Part shown: positions 54,880-64,000 of the stretch, piece after piece
Layout: every line of letters starts with the position of its first letter
Position numbering within the stretch: the first letter of the stretch is position 1
Assembly: GCA_964479535.1 (NCBI GenBank)
Contig: CAYZMM010000035.1
Coordinates: 159-64,158, forward strand
Reading direction: 5' to 3'
Origin: an uncultured Thermodesulfobacteriota bacterium
GTDB taxonomy: Bacteria; Desulfobacterota; DSWW01
DNA length: 64,000 nt
The notes under the pieces: generated by a model
Database searches by the model: none
Seen by the model: only the letters and a program-made list of their open reading frames with translations
Told to the model about the DNA's origin: nothing
Made by a program: the position numbers and the translations under genes

Positions 54880-55554
54880 TCAGCTCTCTTCTTCCTTCTC
54901 CGGCTCCTGATCTGCTTCCTTCTCCGTCGGCTCCGCTCCTTCCTCCACTTCCTCACCCGGCTCCGCCTCCGGCGGCTCCTCTTCCTCCACAGGGGCAGAG
55001 ATCACGACAACCGTCTCCTTCGCATCGGTGAGGACGCGGGCCCCTTCCGGCACTTTCAGCTCCCCCACATGGACCGAATCGCCCATGTTCAGATGGGCGA
55101 TTTCCGCGTCCACGTATTCCGGGATATCCCCCGGCAGGCACTCCAGCTCCACGTTCCACCTGAGCTGCTGGACCATCGCACCTTCCCGCAGCGCCTCTTT
55201 CGGCTCACCGACCAGCCTAACCGCCACCTCGACCGTGATGACCTGGTCCATCAAGACCCCCATCAGATCCGCATGAAGCGTTCGGTTGAGGTGGTCCTTC
55301 TGGATCTCCTTGATGATCACGGTTTCCCTGTTCCCACCGTCCGCCTCGTCCGCGATCTTCAGCTTGATGAGAACGTTCTGTCCGGCCCCCTCCCGAAGAA
55401 TCCCGTCCAGATCCCTCTTCTTGAAGCTCAGCAGAATCGGATCGAGACCCTTGCGATAACAGACCGCCGGGATGAAGCCGTCGGCACGCAACTTGCGCGC
55501 CGTACCCTTCCCGGTTCCCGTTCTCCTTCTGACTTCCAGCTCCTGCGTTTCCAT
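54880..55554 (-). CDS. rplY: 50S ribosomal protein L25/Ctc
   Basis: GKG.ARKLR..G.IPAV.Y, HADL, CLP..IPE, acidic tail. Confidence 0.93.
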   Translation of the reverse strand: METQELEVRRRTGTGKGTARKLRADGFIPAVCYRKGLDPILLSFKKRDLDGILREGAGQNVLIKLKIADEADGGNRETVIIKEIQKDHLNRTLHADLMGVLMDQVITVEVAVRLVGEPKEALREGAMVQQLRWNVELECLPGDIPEYVDAEIAHLNMGDSVHVGELKVPEGARVLTDAKETVVVISAPVEEEEPPEAEPGEEVEEGAEPTEKEADQEPEKEEES

Positions 55555-55609
55555 ACCAGGGAACTCCTTTCCTGGGCTCGACAAAGGGCGTTCTCAAGGC
55601 CCGTTGGAA

Positions 55610-56548
55610 TCAAATGAAAAGGCCGCTGACCGACTCACTGAAGTACGTCCGTTTGATTCCTTCAGCGAGCAGCCTGGCGATCGAGAAAGGCTTGATCTTC
55701 CCGCACTTCGCCGACTCTTCGCTCAGGGGAATCGAATTCGTGACGATGAGCTCCTTGAGGTGGGAGTTCTGAAGCCGCTCCAGGGCCGGACCGGATAGAA
55801 CCGGGTGGGTGCAACAGGCGTAGACCTCTTTCGCACCCGCTATGTGCAGGGCTTCCGCTCCCTGTACCAGGGTTCCGGCCGTGTCGACGATATCGTCGAC
55901 CACCACCGCCCGGCAGTTCTCCACGTTGCCGATAATGTTCAAGCTTCGGGACACATTCGGGGCATCCCGCCGCTTGTCGATGATCGCCATCGGTCGATCC
56001 AGTCGCTTGGCGAACGCCAGGGTCCGTTCCACCCCCCCCGCGTCGGGAGCCACCAGGACTACGTTGTCGGAGAGATGATCTCGAATGTAGGGAAGGAGCA
56101 CGGGCGTAGCGAAGAGGTTGTCCACCGGGATGTCAAAGAAACCCTGAATCTGCCCGGCGTGGAGGTCCAGACAGAGGATGCGCGTCGCCCCTGCAACGGT
56201 GAGCAGATCCGCGATCAGTTTCGCCGAAATCGGCGCCCTCGGGGCCGCCTTTCTGTCCTGGCGTGCATACCCGTAGTAGGGAATGACCGCGGCGATCGTC
56301 TTGGCGGACGCACGCTTCAGTGCGTCGATCATGATCAGCAGTTCCATGAGGTTGGTGTCGCTGGGCCGGCAGATCGACTGCAGCACGAAGACGTCCAGCC
56401 CCCGCACGTTTTCTTCGATTACCACCGAGGTCTCGCCATCGCTGAACTGCTTGACTTCCGCCCTGCCCGGCTTGATGCCGAGTTCGTCGCAGATCTCTCG
56501 AAACAGACTCGGGTTCGAATTGCCGGAAAAAATGCGTAGTTTCTTCAT
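55610..56548 (-). CDS. prs: ribose-phosphate pyrophosphokinase
   Basis: FSDGE, YGYARQDRK, DLHAGQIQGFF, DDIVDTAGT. Confidence 0.96.
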   Translation of the reverse strand: MKKLRIFSGNSNPSLFREICDELGIKPGRAEVKQFSDGETSVVIEENVRGLDVFVLQSICRPSDTNLMELLIMIDALKRASAKTIAAVIPYYGYARQDRKAAPRAPISAKLIADLLTVAGATRILCLDLHAGQIQGFFDIPVDNLFATPVLLPYIRDHLSDNVVLVAPDAGGVERTLAFAKRLDRPMAIIDKRRDAPNVSRSLNIIGNVENCRAVVVDDIVDTAGTLVQGAEALHIAGAKEVYACCTHPVLSGPALERLQNSHLKELIVTNSIPLSEESAKCGKIKPFSIARLLAEGIKRTYFSESVSGLFI

Positions 56549-56718
56549 TCGCTTTCTGTCTCACATACTTGGGCACTGGGTGGCGGGATTCGAGAAAATG
56601 ACAAGATAACAGAGGGGCCGTGGAAAGTAAAGGCCTCCTCGCATCCGGGCCTCGGGTGTCGGGACCCGTCCGAGGGCCAGAATCGGGGCTCAGCAGCGTA
56701 TCCCCGGGAAGGCCTGAG

Positions 56719-56793
56719 TGGCTGGGGTGGGAGGATTCGAACCTCCGAATGCAGGAGCCAAAGTCCTGTGACTTACCGCTTGTCGACACCCCA
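56719..56793 (-). tRNA. tRNA-Gln(TTG)
   Basis: Reverse complement TGGGGTGTCGACAAGCGGTAAG...CTTTGGC...GGTTCGAATCCTCCCACCCCAGCCA; usual position upstream of prs. Confidence 0.95.
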
Positions 56794-56866
56794 ACAAGGA
56801 TCGAGCAGCGTCCCTAAGCAAGTATTATAGTATCCGGGTTGGAAAATGCAACGAAAGACGGGAAGG

Positions 56867-57154
56867 TTACGTCTCGGTGCCGGTCGGAGAATCGCGCAGC
56901 CGATCCAGCTCCTTTCGGTATTCGTCGAGCACTCTATCTTCGATCATCCTTCGCGTGGAATTGTTCAGCGGATGTGCGGTGTCCTTGAACGTACCGTCTT
57001 TGCGCTTCTTGCTGGGCATGGCCACGAACAGCCCCGTGTTTCCGTGAATGATCTTCAAGTCCCTTACAATGAAACAATCATCGAAGATGATGGTTGCGTA
57101 TCCCTTCAACCTCTCCTCGCTCACCGGGAACACCCTGACTTCCGTGATCTTCAT
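56867..57154 (-). CDS. spoVG: SpoVG family nucleic-acid-binding protein
   Basis: MKITEVRV, FDDCFIV, GLFVAMPS, FKDTAHP. Confidence 0.92.
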   Translation of the reverse strand: MKITEVRVFPVSEERLKGYATIIFDDCFIVRDLKIIHGNTGLFVAMPSKKRKDGTFKDTAHPLNNSTRRMIEDRVLDEYRKELDRLRDSPTGTET

Positions 57155-57663
57155 GTTGTCCACTCCCTTGCGCGCCTTGGCTTTTGCGAGTCCATTCGGC
57201 CGGGTCGTATTTACAAAGCTGTTTTCATGATCCCTGAAGACAGGGGAAAATGGGCACACCCTCAGCCCATCGCCCTGTCGTTTCGAGCAAGCCCTGTGGC
57301 CTGACAATGCTCTACTTCCGGACGGATGGAATACCCTTCTCCGGACTCCCGTCGCAAGGAAGACCTGATGGAAAGGCTAATAGATAAATTGCCTTTTTAT
57401 GTTTGGCGGTAGATTAGGGTTTTTGCCCGGAATTGTCAACAAGAAAATCCGTCAAGTGCCCTGTTCGAAAAGCAAGGAGTCCCGAGATGGGTAACAGGGT
57501 TTCCGGCACTGCCTCGGGAGGTGCGAATGTGATTATAGACTCGAAGGGCAGGTCCATGGCCGAATCGACGACCGGCCCTTGCATTCCGGGATAGGTCTTC
57601 ATATCATATTGCCTCAACGAACATGCTAAAACATCTTTTTCAAACAATTCACCCGTCGGGGGC

Positions 57664-59766
57664 ATGGACACTGCGCCTGTGGAAGGGAATCGCAAGTACC
57701 TGATCACCGGAGGCGGCACCGCGGGGCACGTCTATCCGGGGCTCGCCCTGGCGGAAGGAATCCGAAGACAGGAGAGGGATGCGGAATTCCTGTTCGTGGG
57801 AACACGTGGAGGGGCGGAAGAGAGGATCGTTCCCGCTGAAGGGCACGCCCTCCGGACGCTTTCCGTCAAGGGACTCCCGCCGGGGGCGGGCCCTCACGTC
57901 CTGCTTCGGACGGTCTGGTTCCTCGCGCTATCACTCCTGCAGGGCGTCGGGCTCGTTCTGCGGTTCAAGCCCCGAGCGATCATCGGCACAGGAGGGTATG
58001 CGAGTGCACCCGTGCTCCTGGGGGCCATCCTCCTGAGGTCCCTCCGGCTCTGGAAGGGTGTTCTGAGCGTTCACGAGGCAAACATCATCCCGGGCAGATT
58101 CAACCGGTGGGCTTCCCGGTGGGTCGACTTCACAGGCACGAGCTTCCCGGAGACTCTCCGATTCCTGACACCAGGCAAGGCCCTCTGGACCGGCTATCCG
58201 ATCCGGAAGGATCTGGAGGCATCCTCGAAACGGAGAGGGACGGGATGCTCTGAGAAGAAACGACGCCTGGGCATTCCGGCCGAGGGACGCGTCGTGCTCG
58301 TCTTCGGAGGCAGTTCCGGAGCGCGAACGATCAACCGGGCCGTTGTGGAGGCCCTTCCCCGGCTGCTCGCGGACCCGGACCTCTACGTCTTCCATGCCAC
58401 CGGGCACCCCCAGGGAGATTATGATCCGGCGGCGGAATTTCGCGACATGCTGGCCGATCTCTCTTTGAACCGGTCGGACCTCGAAAAACGGTATCGGCAG
58501 ACGCCGTACCTGGACCACATCGATCACTACTATGAAATCGCCGATCTCGTGGTCTGCCGGGCTGGAGCCGGCGCCGTCTGGGAGGTCGCCTCCTACTCCG
58601 TCCCGGCAATTCTCATACCGAAGTCGAACCTTCCCGGAGATCATCAGGTCAAGAACGCCTACTTCCTCGTACGACGGGGCAAGGCCCGGATTCTGTTCGA
58701 GAGGAAATCCCTGCCGCCGGATGCCGGGGACCAGGATACGATCGATGCCTCCGCCCTGGTGGATACGATTTCCGCACTCCTCGCAGACCCGGACCCGGCC
58801 GAAGACACAGGACACGAAGCCGAAGACGGCCCCCTGCTCTCCGGGGACCTGTCGTTCTGTGACCTGCTCCGCAACCTGCGGGAAAGGAAGCAAGCCGGCA
58901 GGAGAGAGGAGGTGACCGCACCCGTCTCGGGAAGGCAACATCCTTCCGAGGACAGCATGGCCACGAGGATCGAGTGGCTGGGGACCGACGCGCTTCTGGC
59001 GTACGTTGAGGGGAAACGGAAGCACAACCAGGATCTGACCGAAGGCGGAAAGGCCTATTTGAGATACAAGACCGATCAACTGCTCGGCTCATCCCTCTGG
59101 CAGGAAAGGAACACGGGCGTCAAGCTCGTGGGACTCATCGGGTACAAGGAACGATTGCCGACGTTGTTGCACTTCATCGTGGACCGCACACCGGTCGCCT
59201 GGCATCGGAGACTCCTCGGGGGGGACTTCGAACAGGTGGGATTCATTCGCCGGAATGCACTGCAGGCGATCTGGCGAATCAACGAATACGGACCGGACGT
59301 CCGAAACGCCCTTCTCGTGGCCTTGAACGATCCCTACTACGAGGTCAGATCCTGGGCGGCCCGCGCAATCCACCGGCTGTCCGGTTCCGTGGGGGAGGAT
59401 GCCGAACTGGTGGCCCTGTTGAGGAAGAACCTGAAGGATCGCTGGTTCGAAGTCGTGGTATGCTCTCTGAGGGCCCTTGGAAGGGTCACGGAAGACCCGG
59501 CGATCCTGTCCGACCTCGTCCCTCTGCTCGCACACAGGAACTGGAAGGTACAGGACGCGGCCGTACGTTGCCTCATGAGACTCATGCAGTCCGGTGTCGT
59601 GCACCTCCCGCCGGAAGCGGAGGAATGGATGCACAAGATCCCGATGAAAGGCCTCGACTTCTTTCCCCGCTTTCCGCTCAAGCAGACCTGGGACGATTTC
59701 CAGCGCCTCGTGTCCGAACGGATGGAGTGCGACAACCCATCGAACACGGAAAAAGGGGCTTTTTGA
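57664..59766 (+). CDS. MurG-like GT28 glycosyltransferase fused to a C-terminal HEAT-repeat domain
   Basis: GGGTAGH, GTGGY, HEAN..PG..N, FGGSSGA..IN, RAGA, DHQ..NA; C-terminal LNDPYYEVR..AA.A, LKDRWFEV, LAHRNWKVQ.AA. Confidence 0.85.
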   Translation: MDTAPVEGNRKYLITGGGTAGHVYPGLALAEGIRRQERDAEFLFVGTRGGAEERIVPAEGHALRTLSVKGLPPGAGPHVLLRTVWFLALSLLQGVGLVLRFKPRAIIGTGGYASAPVLLGAILLRSLRLWKGVLSVHEANIIPGRFNRWASRWVDFTGTSFPETLRFLTPGKALWTGYPIRKDLEASSKRRGTGCSEKKRRLGIPAEGRVVLVFGGSSGARTINRAVVEALPRLLADPDLYVFHATGHPQGDYDPAAEFRDMLADLSLNRSDLEKRYRQTPYLDHIDHYYEIADLVVCRAGAGAVWEVASYSVPAILIPKSNLPGDHQVKNAYFLVRRGKARILFERKSLPPDAGDQDTIDASALVDTISALLADPDPAEDTGHEAEDGPLLSGDLSFCDLLRNLRERKQAGRREEVTAPVSGRQHPSEDSMATRIEWLGTDALLAYVEGKRKHNQDLTEGGKAYLRYKTDQLLGSSLWQERNTGVKLVGLIGYKERLPTLLHFIVDRTPVAWHRRLLGGDFEQVGFIRRNALQAIWRINEYGPDVRNALLVALNDPYYEVRSWAARAIHRLSGSVGEDAELVALLRKNLKDRWFEVVVCSLRALGRVTEDPAILSDLVPLLAHRNWKVQDAAVRCLMRLMQSGVVHLPPEAEEWMHKIPMKGLDFFPRFPLKQTWDDFQRLVSERMECDNPSNTEKGAF

Positions 59767-59767
59767 G

Positions 59768-60880
59768 ATGTTTCATGCGCTTTACAGCTGGTTCTACGAC
59801 CCCGAAGGGCCCTTTTCGTTCATCCGGCTCTTCAACTACATAAGCAGCCGCGCCATTTTCGCCATCATCACCTCCTTCACGTTCACGCTCTTCGCGGGGA
59901 GGCCGCTGATCCGGGCCCTCTACAGAATGGGCATGCGGGACACGGAGCGGGGGGAGATGACGGAAGCGCAAGATCACAAGAAGGGCGGCACCCCGACCAT
60001 GGGCGGCGTCATCCTTTTCTCGGGGACCATGCTGTCCGCACTCCTCTGGTGCGACCTGACGAGCCCCTTCATCCTCCTTCTCCTGTTCGCCTCCGTCTGG
60101 TTCTTCACCCTCGGATTCTGGGACGACAGCCGCAAGATCCGGCATCAGGACAGTGACAAGGGGCTGTCCCGGGGAATGAAGTATCTGGGGCAGGTCTCCT
60201 TCGGGCTCCTCTTCAGCCTGCTCTTTCTGCATCCGGCCACTTCGCCCGTCCCCTCCCAGGTCGTCTCGAAGCTCTACCTCCCCTTTTACAAATATCCGGT
60301 GGTGGACCTGTCCTGGGGATACGCCCTCGTGATCGTGCTCTTCGTCGTCTACGCCGCGAACGCCATCAATTTCGCTGACGGCATGGACGGGCTCGCCGTC
60401 GTGCCTTCCGCATATGCCATCGGCGTCTACGGCGTTTTCGCGTACGTCCTCGGAAACGTGAAGATAAGCGACTACCTGATGTTCGACTATCTTCCTGGAT
60501 GCGGGGAGGTGACCATCCTTTGCGCCGCACTGCTCGGCGCCTGCGTAGGGTTTCTGTGGTACAACAGCTACCCCGCCGAGGTCTTCATGGGGGATACGGG
60601 CTCCATGTTTCTGGGCGGCGTTCTCGGAACGATGGTCGTGCTCCTGAAGCAGGAAGTACTCTTCCTCCTCGTGGGCGGCATCTTCCTCGCAGAGATCCTG
60701 TCGGTCGTGGTCCAGGACTGGATCGGAATTCAGCGCACGGGCAGGAGGTTCCTCTACCGTGCTCCCCTTCACCACACCTTTCAGTACCAGGGCCTCGCGG
60801 AGACGAAGATCACCGTGCGTTTCTGGATTATCTCGGGCGTTCTTGCGCTGGTGGCCCTCGCTTCGCTCAAGATCCGGTAG
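59768..60880 (+). CDS. mraY: phospho-N-acetylmuramoyl-pentapeptide transferase (MraY-like)
   Basis: GTPTMGG, WDD, NAINFADGMDGL, YPAEVFMGDTGS, APLHH, ETKITVRFWI. Confidence 0.85.
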   Translation: MFHALYSWFYDPEGPFSFIRLFNYISSRAIFAIITSFTFTLFAGRPLIRALYRMGMRDTERGEMTEAQDHKKGGTPTMGGVILFSGTMLSALLWCDLTSPFILLLLFASVWFFTLGFWDDSRKIRHQDSDKGLSRGMKYLGQVSFGLLFSLLFLHPATSPVPSQVVSKLYLPFYKYPVVDLSWGYALVIVLFVVYAANAINFADGMDGLAVVPSAYAIGVYGVFAYVLGNVKISDYLMFDYLPGCGEVTILCAALLGACVGFLWYNSYPAEVFMGDTGSMFLGGVLGTMVVLLKQEVLFLLVGGIFLAEILSVVVQDWIGIQRTGRRFLYRAPLHHTFQYQGLAETKITVRFWIISGVLALVALASLKIR

Positions 60881-60891
60881 CCCCTTTCTTG

Positions 60892-60921
60892 TTGACACGG
60901 GCTTTCCCGTCCGGCTAAGCT
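60892..60921 (+). promoter_or_regulatory. putative sigma70 promoter of asd
   Basis: TTGACA-18 nt-TAAGCT. Confidence 0.5.
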
Positions 60922-60996
60922 TTAAGGTTGGTGTTTTTCACGAGTCATCGTTCCCGGATCGAACGCTGCAACCGCAAGCAGAAAGGGCCTTGACCC

Positions 60997-62052
60997 ATGG
61001 CCGGATACAACGTAGCCGTCGTCGGCGCCACGGGCGCTGTGGGGCAGGAGATGCTCTCCATCCTCGAGGAACGGAAGTTCCCCGTGAAATCCCTGCGCCT
61101 GCTCGCATCGAAACGCTCCATTGGGAAGTCCTTCCCCTTCCGCGGGAAACCCGTGGAAGTGCAGGAACTAAAACGAACCGCCTTCAAGGGCGTTGATATC
61201 GCCCTCTTCTCTGCGGGGGGCGACCGTAGCAAGCATTTTGCTCCGGCGGCCGTCGAGGCGGGTGCCGTGGTGATCGACAACAGTTCCGCCTTCCGGATGG
61301 ACCCGGGTGTGCCCCTTGTCGTACCGGAGATCAACGCCGGCGAGATCCGGAAGCACAAGGGCATCATCGCCAACCCGAACTGCACGACCATCGTCACCCT
61401 GATGGGCCTGTACCCCCTGCGTGCCTACGGCATCCGAAGGGTGATTCTGTCGAGCTACCAGGCCGTTTCCGGGGCCGGCGCATGGGCCATCGAGGAACTC
61501 CGGAGGCAGACCCTCACGTGGGCCATTCAGGAGCTGAAGAACGAAGCGCTCGGCACAGAGGAGGAAGCGGTCCTGCGGGCCGAGAAGTTCCCGCACCCGA
61601 TCGCATTCAACCTGATTCCGCACATCGACAAGTTCCTGGACGGGGGCTACACAAAGGAAGAGCTGAAATGCCTGCACGAATCCAGGAAGATCCTCAACCA
61701 GCCGGATCTCCAGGTGTCGGCGACGACGGTCCGTGTGCCCGTCTTCCGTTCCCACTCCGTTTCGGCACACATCGAAACGGACAGGCCCCTGTCCGTGGCA
61801 AAGGCTCGTTCTCTGATCCGTCAGGCAAAGGGCGTTCAGGTCTACGACCAGCCGGGGAGATCGAAATACCCCACCCCGGTCCAGGTGGCCGGCCAGGACG
61901 ATTGTCTGGTCGGCAGGATTCGGAAAGATGAAAGCGTATCGAACGGATTGTGCCTCTGGATCGTAGGAGACCAGCTCCGCAAGGGGGCAGCCCTGAATGC
62001 CGTCCAGATCGCGGAGACCCTGCACGGAGTCACCTCGAAGCGAAAGAGCTGA
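60997..62052 (+). CDS. asd: aspartate-semialdehyde dehydrogenase
   Basis: VGATGAVG, DNSSAFRM, ANPNCTT, YQAVSGAG, RKGAALN. Confidence 0.96.
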   Translation: MAGYNVAVVGATGAVGQEMLSILEERKFPVKSLRLLASKRSIGKSFPFRGKPVEVQELKRTAFKGVDIALFSAGGDRSKHFAPAAVEAGAVVIDNSSAFRMDPGVPLVVPEINAGEIRKHKGIIANPNCTTIVTLMGLYPLRAYGIRRVILSSYQAVSGAGAWAIEELRRQTLTWAIQELKNEALGTEEEAVLRAEKFPHPIAFNLIPHIDKFLDGGYTKEELKCLHESRKILNQPDLQVSATTVRVPVFRSHSVSAHIETDRPLSVAKARSLIRQAKGVQVYDQPGRSKYPTPVQVAGQDDCLVGRIRKDESVSNGLCLWIVGDQLRKGAALNAVQIAETLHGVTSKRKS

Positions 62053-62072
62053 ACGGCCCGCCGGCAGGTGGA

Positions 62073-63422
62073 TCAGGAGGCAACCCGTAGATACTCGCGT
62101 TTCCAGGCCGGAGAGAAGGAGAGGACCCTCTTCGGCTCATCCGCTTCCGCCGAAACCGGGACCTCCGTGCCGGTCGGCCTCTTCAGAACGATCCCGTACG
62201 CATCCAGGATCTGCCGCAAGAGGTGGTACTTCCTCTCGATCGACTCGGAAACCGAATCATACCCGCGCTTGGCCGCCCGCTGCCTCTCCCGCAGGGCGAG
62301 GGGATTCATATCGAAGAACCGGTAATCGTATTCCGTGGGCTGGATCAGGATGATGTCGCCACGGAAGCGGGGGTCGCGTCGGTAGAGATCGATCCCGTAA
62401 TCGAGCCGGGTGTGCAGAAGGATTCGAAAGACCTGATTGAGGATCGAGAAGACGCCCTGGTCCGCAATATGCTTTCCCTCGACGACCTGCTTTCTCTTCT
62501 CCTGGGAGTACCGCGAAACGACCCTGTTGTGAAAGGGCCGAAAGGGGTTGTAACAGATGATGAGGTCTGCCCCGCTTTCGACCGCCACGTCGATATTGGC
62601 GGTCTTGCGGACCCCGCCGTCAACGTAGTCCACTCCCTGGATCCGCGCCGGTCGGAAGAATACGGGCAGGGCGGTGGAGGCCTGAACCGCCTGAGAGATG
62701 GTGAGGTTGTTGTTCTGGTCGTATCCGAAGACCACCCTCTCGGCTGTGTCCAGGTTGGCGGCAACGATATAGAGTTCTTTGCCGGTCCAACGGTACAGGC
62801 TGGTGAAGTCGTTGGGCAGCCGGTTCTTCTCGAAACTTCTTCGGAGCGCGGCCTCGATACGATCGTTCTTGAAGACCCCTCTTGGCAGGTACTGCATGGG
62901 CGACGGAAACTGACGCGTGAAGCCGAGGATACGCCCATACCTTTTGATCAGCCGCGCGCAGTTCTCGTACGAGGGATGCCGCACCAGCTCGAAAACGGAT
63001 TTTCGAAAATCCTCCTTCAGCAGGCTGTTGGAAAGAAGAGCGGCGAGAAGGAGGTCCGGCACGAAATTCAGGAAATCCCATAGGAACTGTGCCGGTGCTT
63101 TGATAAAATCTTCCAGGTTCGGATTGTAGAAGTCGAGGAAGCGGACACCGTCCAGGTGATCGGCCCCTCCCTGGAGGCTGCTCAGCATTTCGCCGGGGCT
63201 GACCCCGTTCGCAAGAAGGGAAGCGATGATCGAACCTGCACTCAAGCCGACAAAGGAGTCGAAATCCGTAACCTTGCGGTTTTCGAGGCAGCCGTTCAAG
63301 GCGTGGAGACCGCCTACCTTGTACGCCCCGCCGGTAACGGCCCCGCCCGCGAGAACGATGGCGATCTTCGGGTTCTTCTTGGGGCGGCTGAGGTCGCTCT
63401 TCTGTACGATGGTTATGCCCAT
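62073..63422 (-). CDS. patatin-like phospholipase
   Basis: AGGAVTG, GLSAG (GxSxG), YVDGG. Confidence 0.9.
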   Translation of the reverse strand: MGITIVQKSDLSRPKKNPKIAIVLAGGAVTGGAYKVGGLHALNGCLENRKVTDFDSFVGLSAGSIIASLLANGVSPGEMLSSLQGGADHLDGVRFLDFYNPNLEDFIKAPAQFLWDFLNFVPDLLLAALLSNSLLKEDFRKSVFELVRHPSYENCARLIKRYGRILGFTRQFPSPMQYLPRGVFKNDRIEAALRRSFEKNRLPNDFTSLYRWTGKELYIVAANLDTAERVVFGYDQNNNLTISQAVQASTALPVFFRPARIQGVDYVDGGVRKTANIDVAVESGADLIICYNPFRPFHNRVVSRYSQEKRKQVVEGKHIADQGVFSILNQVFRILLHTRLDYGIDLYRRDPRFRGDIILIQPTEYDYRFFDMNPLALRERQRAAKRGYDSVSESIERKYHLLRQILDAYGIVLKRPTGTEVPVSAEADEPKRVLSFSPAWKREYLRVAS

Positions 63423-63600
63423 GTCAAAATCGGAACAAAACCTCCCTGTCCGTGAGCGCTTCGAGGTGCGGGTCGGAGATGTTGTTTCGCATTGTGTCAT
63501 TGTAGTATCTTTTCAAAAAAAGTAAAGAAATTTATGGGATGGCTGTCCATTCCCCCTCCTTGGGGATGCCCCCTTCGAACACGACAAAGAGCGATCGTTC

Positions 63601-64000
63601 ATGGACTCGAAGAGCACAAGGACGCAGGCGCCACCCTCCAATGTGCCCGTCGCCCACGAGGAATCCCTCCAGCAGCTCGAATGGCCCTGGCTTCTGGAGC
63701 AGATGCGGAAGAGGCTGCGCACGGAGCCTGCACGCCAGGCGTGCGGGGACCTGCTCTGGGTTCCGGACCGGGAGGTTGCCTTGCAGACCATGCAGGAGGT
63801 CGAGGAGGTGCGCTCCCTCGGGGCAGCGGGGCACTCCTTTCCCATCGGGGATCCGCCGGATATAAGGCCCCTGCGACCGCGAATCGACAAGGGAGCGATC
63901 CTGGGCCCCGAGGAGCTCCGGGATATCGCCTCCTGGATGGACACCGTGGAGGCGCTCAGAAAGTTCCTGGTCATCCGGCGACAGCAGGCGCCCATGCTCT
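63601..64000 (+). CDS. mutS2: endonuclease MutS2, N-terminal part (runs off the window; missing from the ORF track)
   Basis: Open frame: SLQQLEWPWLLEQM...TEPARQAC...QEVEE...DIRP...RIDKGAILGPEELRDIA. Confidence 0.7.
   Translation, partial: MDSKSTRTQAPPSNVPVAHEESLQQLEWPWLLEQMRKRLRTEPARQACGDLLWVPDREVALQTMQEVEEVRSLGAAGHSFPIGDPPDIRPLRPRIDKGAILGPEELRDIASWMDTVEALRKFLVIRRQQAPML

Noticed and set aside
63513-63995. Minus-strand ORFs at the window end
   Set aside because: Shadows of the plus-strand mutS2 N-terminus

Overview
This is a GC-rich bacterial chromosomal window. Gene content and repeats suggest a Desulfobacterota or other 'Deltaproteobacteria'-type organism (inference). The left half (0-31 kb) is accessory-like fatty-acid/acyl-CoA metabolism: three acyl-CoA ligases, a 3-hydroxyacyl-CoA dehydrogenase, two ACAD10/11- or LvaA-type kinases, and a PadR-ACAD-CoxD/CoxE-HCCA isomerase operon. 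It also carries a Spy/ECF sigma/anti-sigma envelope module, a Cys/Asp-repeat secreted protein, a cutinase/PETase-like lipoprotein, a sulfatase, ugd, speB, lipB and pyrB. The right half is mostly housekeeping: dciA-like, trmN6, dksA, tRNA-Ala, priA, dusB, dnaB-rplI-rpsR-rpsF-ychF, hppA, pth-rplY-prs-tRNA-Gln-spoVG, asd, a patatin and the start of mutS2. The main points of interest are: a stand-alone operon of a MurG-HEAT-repeat fusion plus a divergent MraY with no other dcw genes; several non-autonomous MITE/REP-like elements, one family overlapping TAG stop codons; an unannotated radical-SAM gene relic; a degenerate ACAD co-transcribed with a CoxD/CoxE chaperone pair; and an S6 with a natural EAAAK-type tail under an S6:S18-type leader. 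No CRISPR array, transposase, integrase or prophage was seen. All calls come from motif recognition by eye; no database searches were run.
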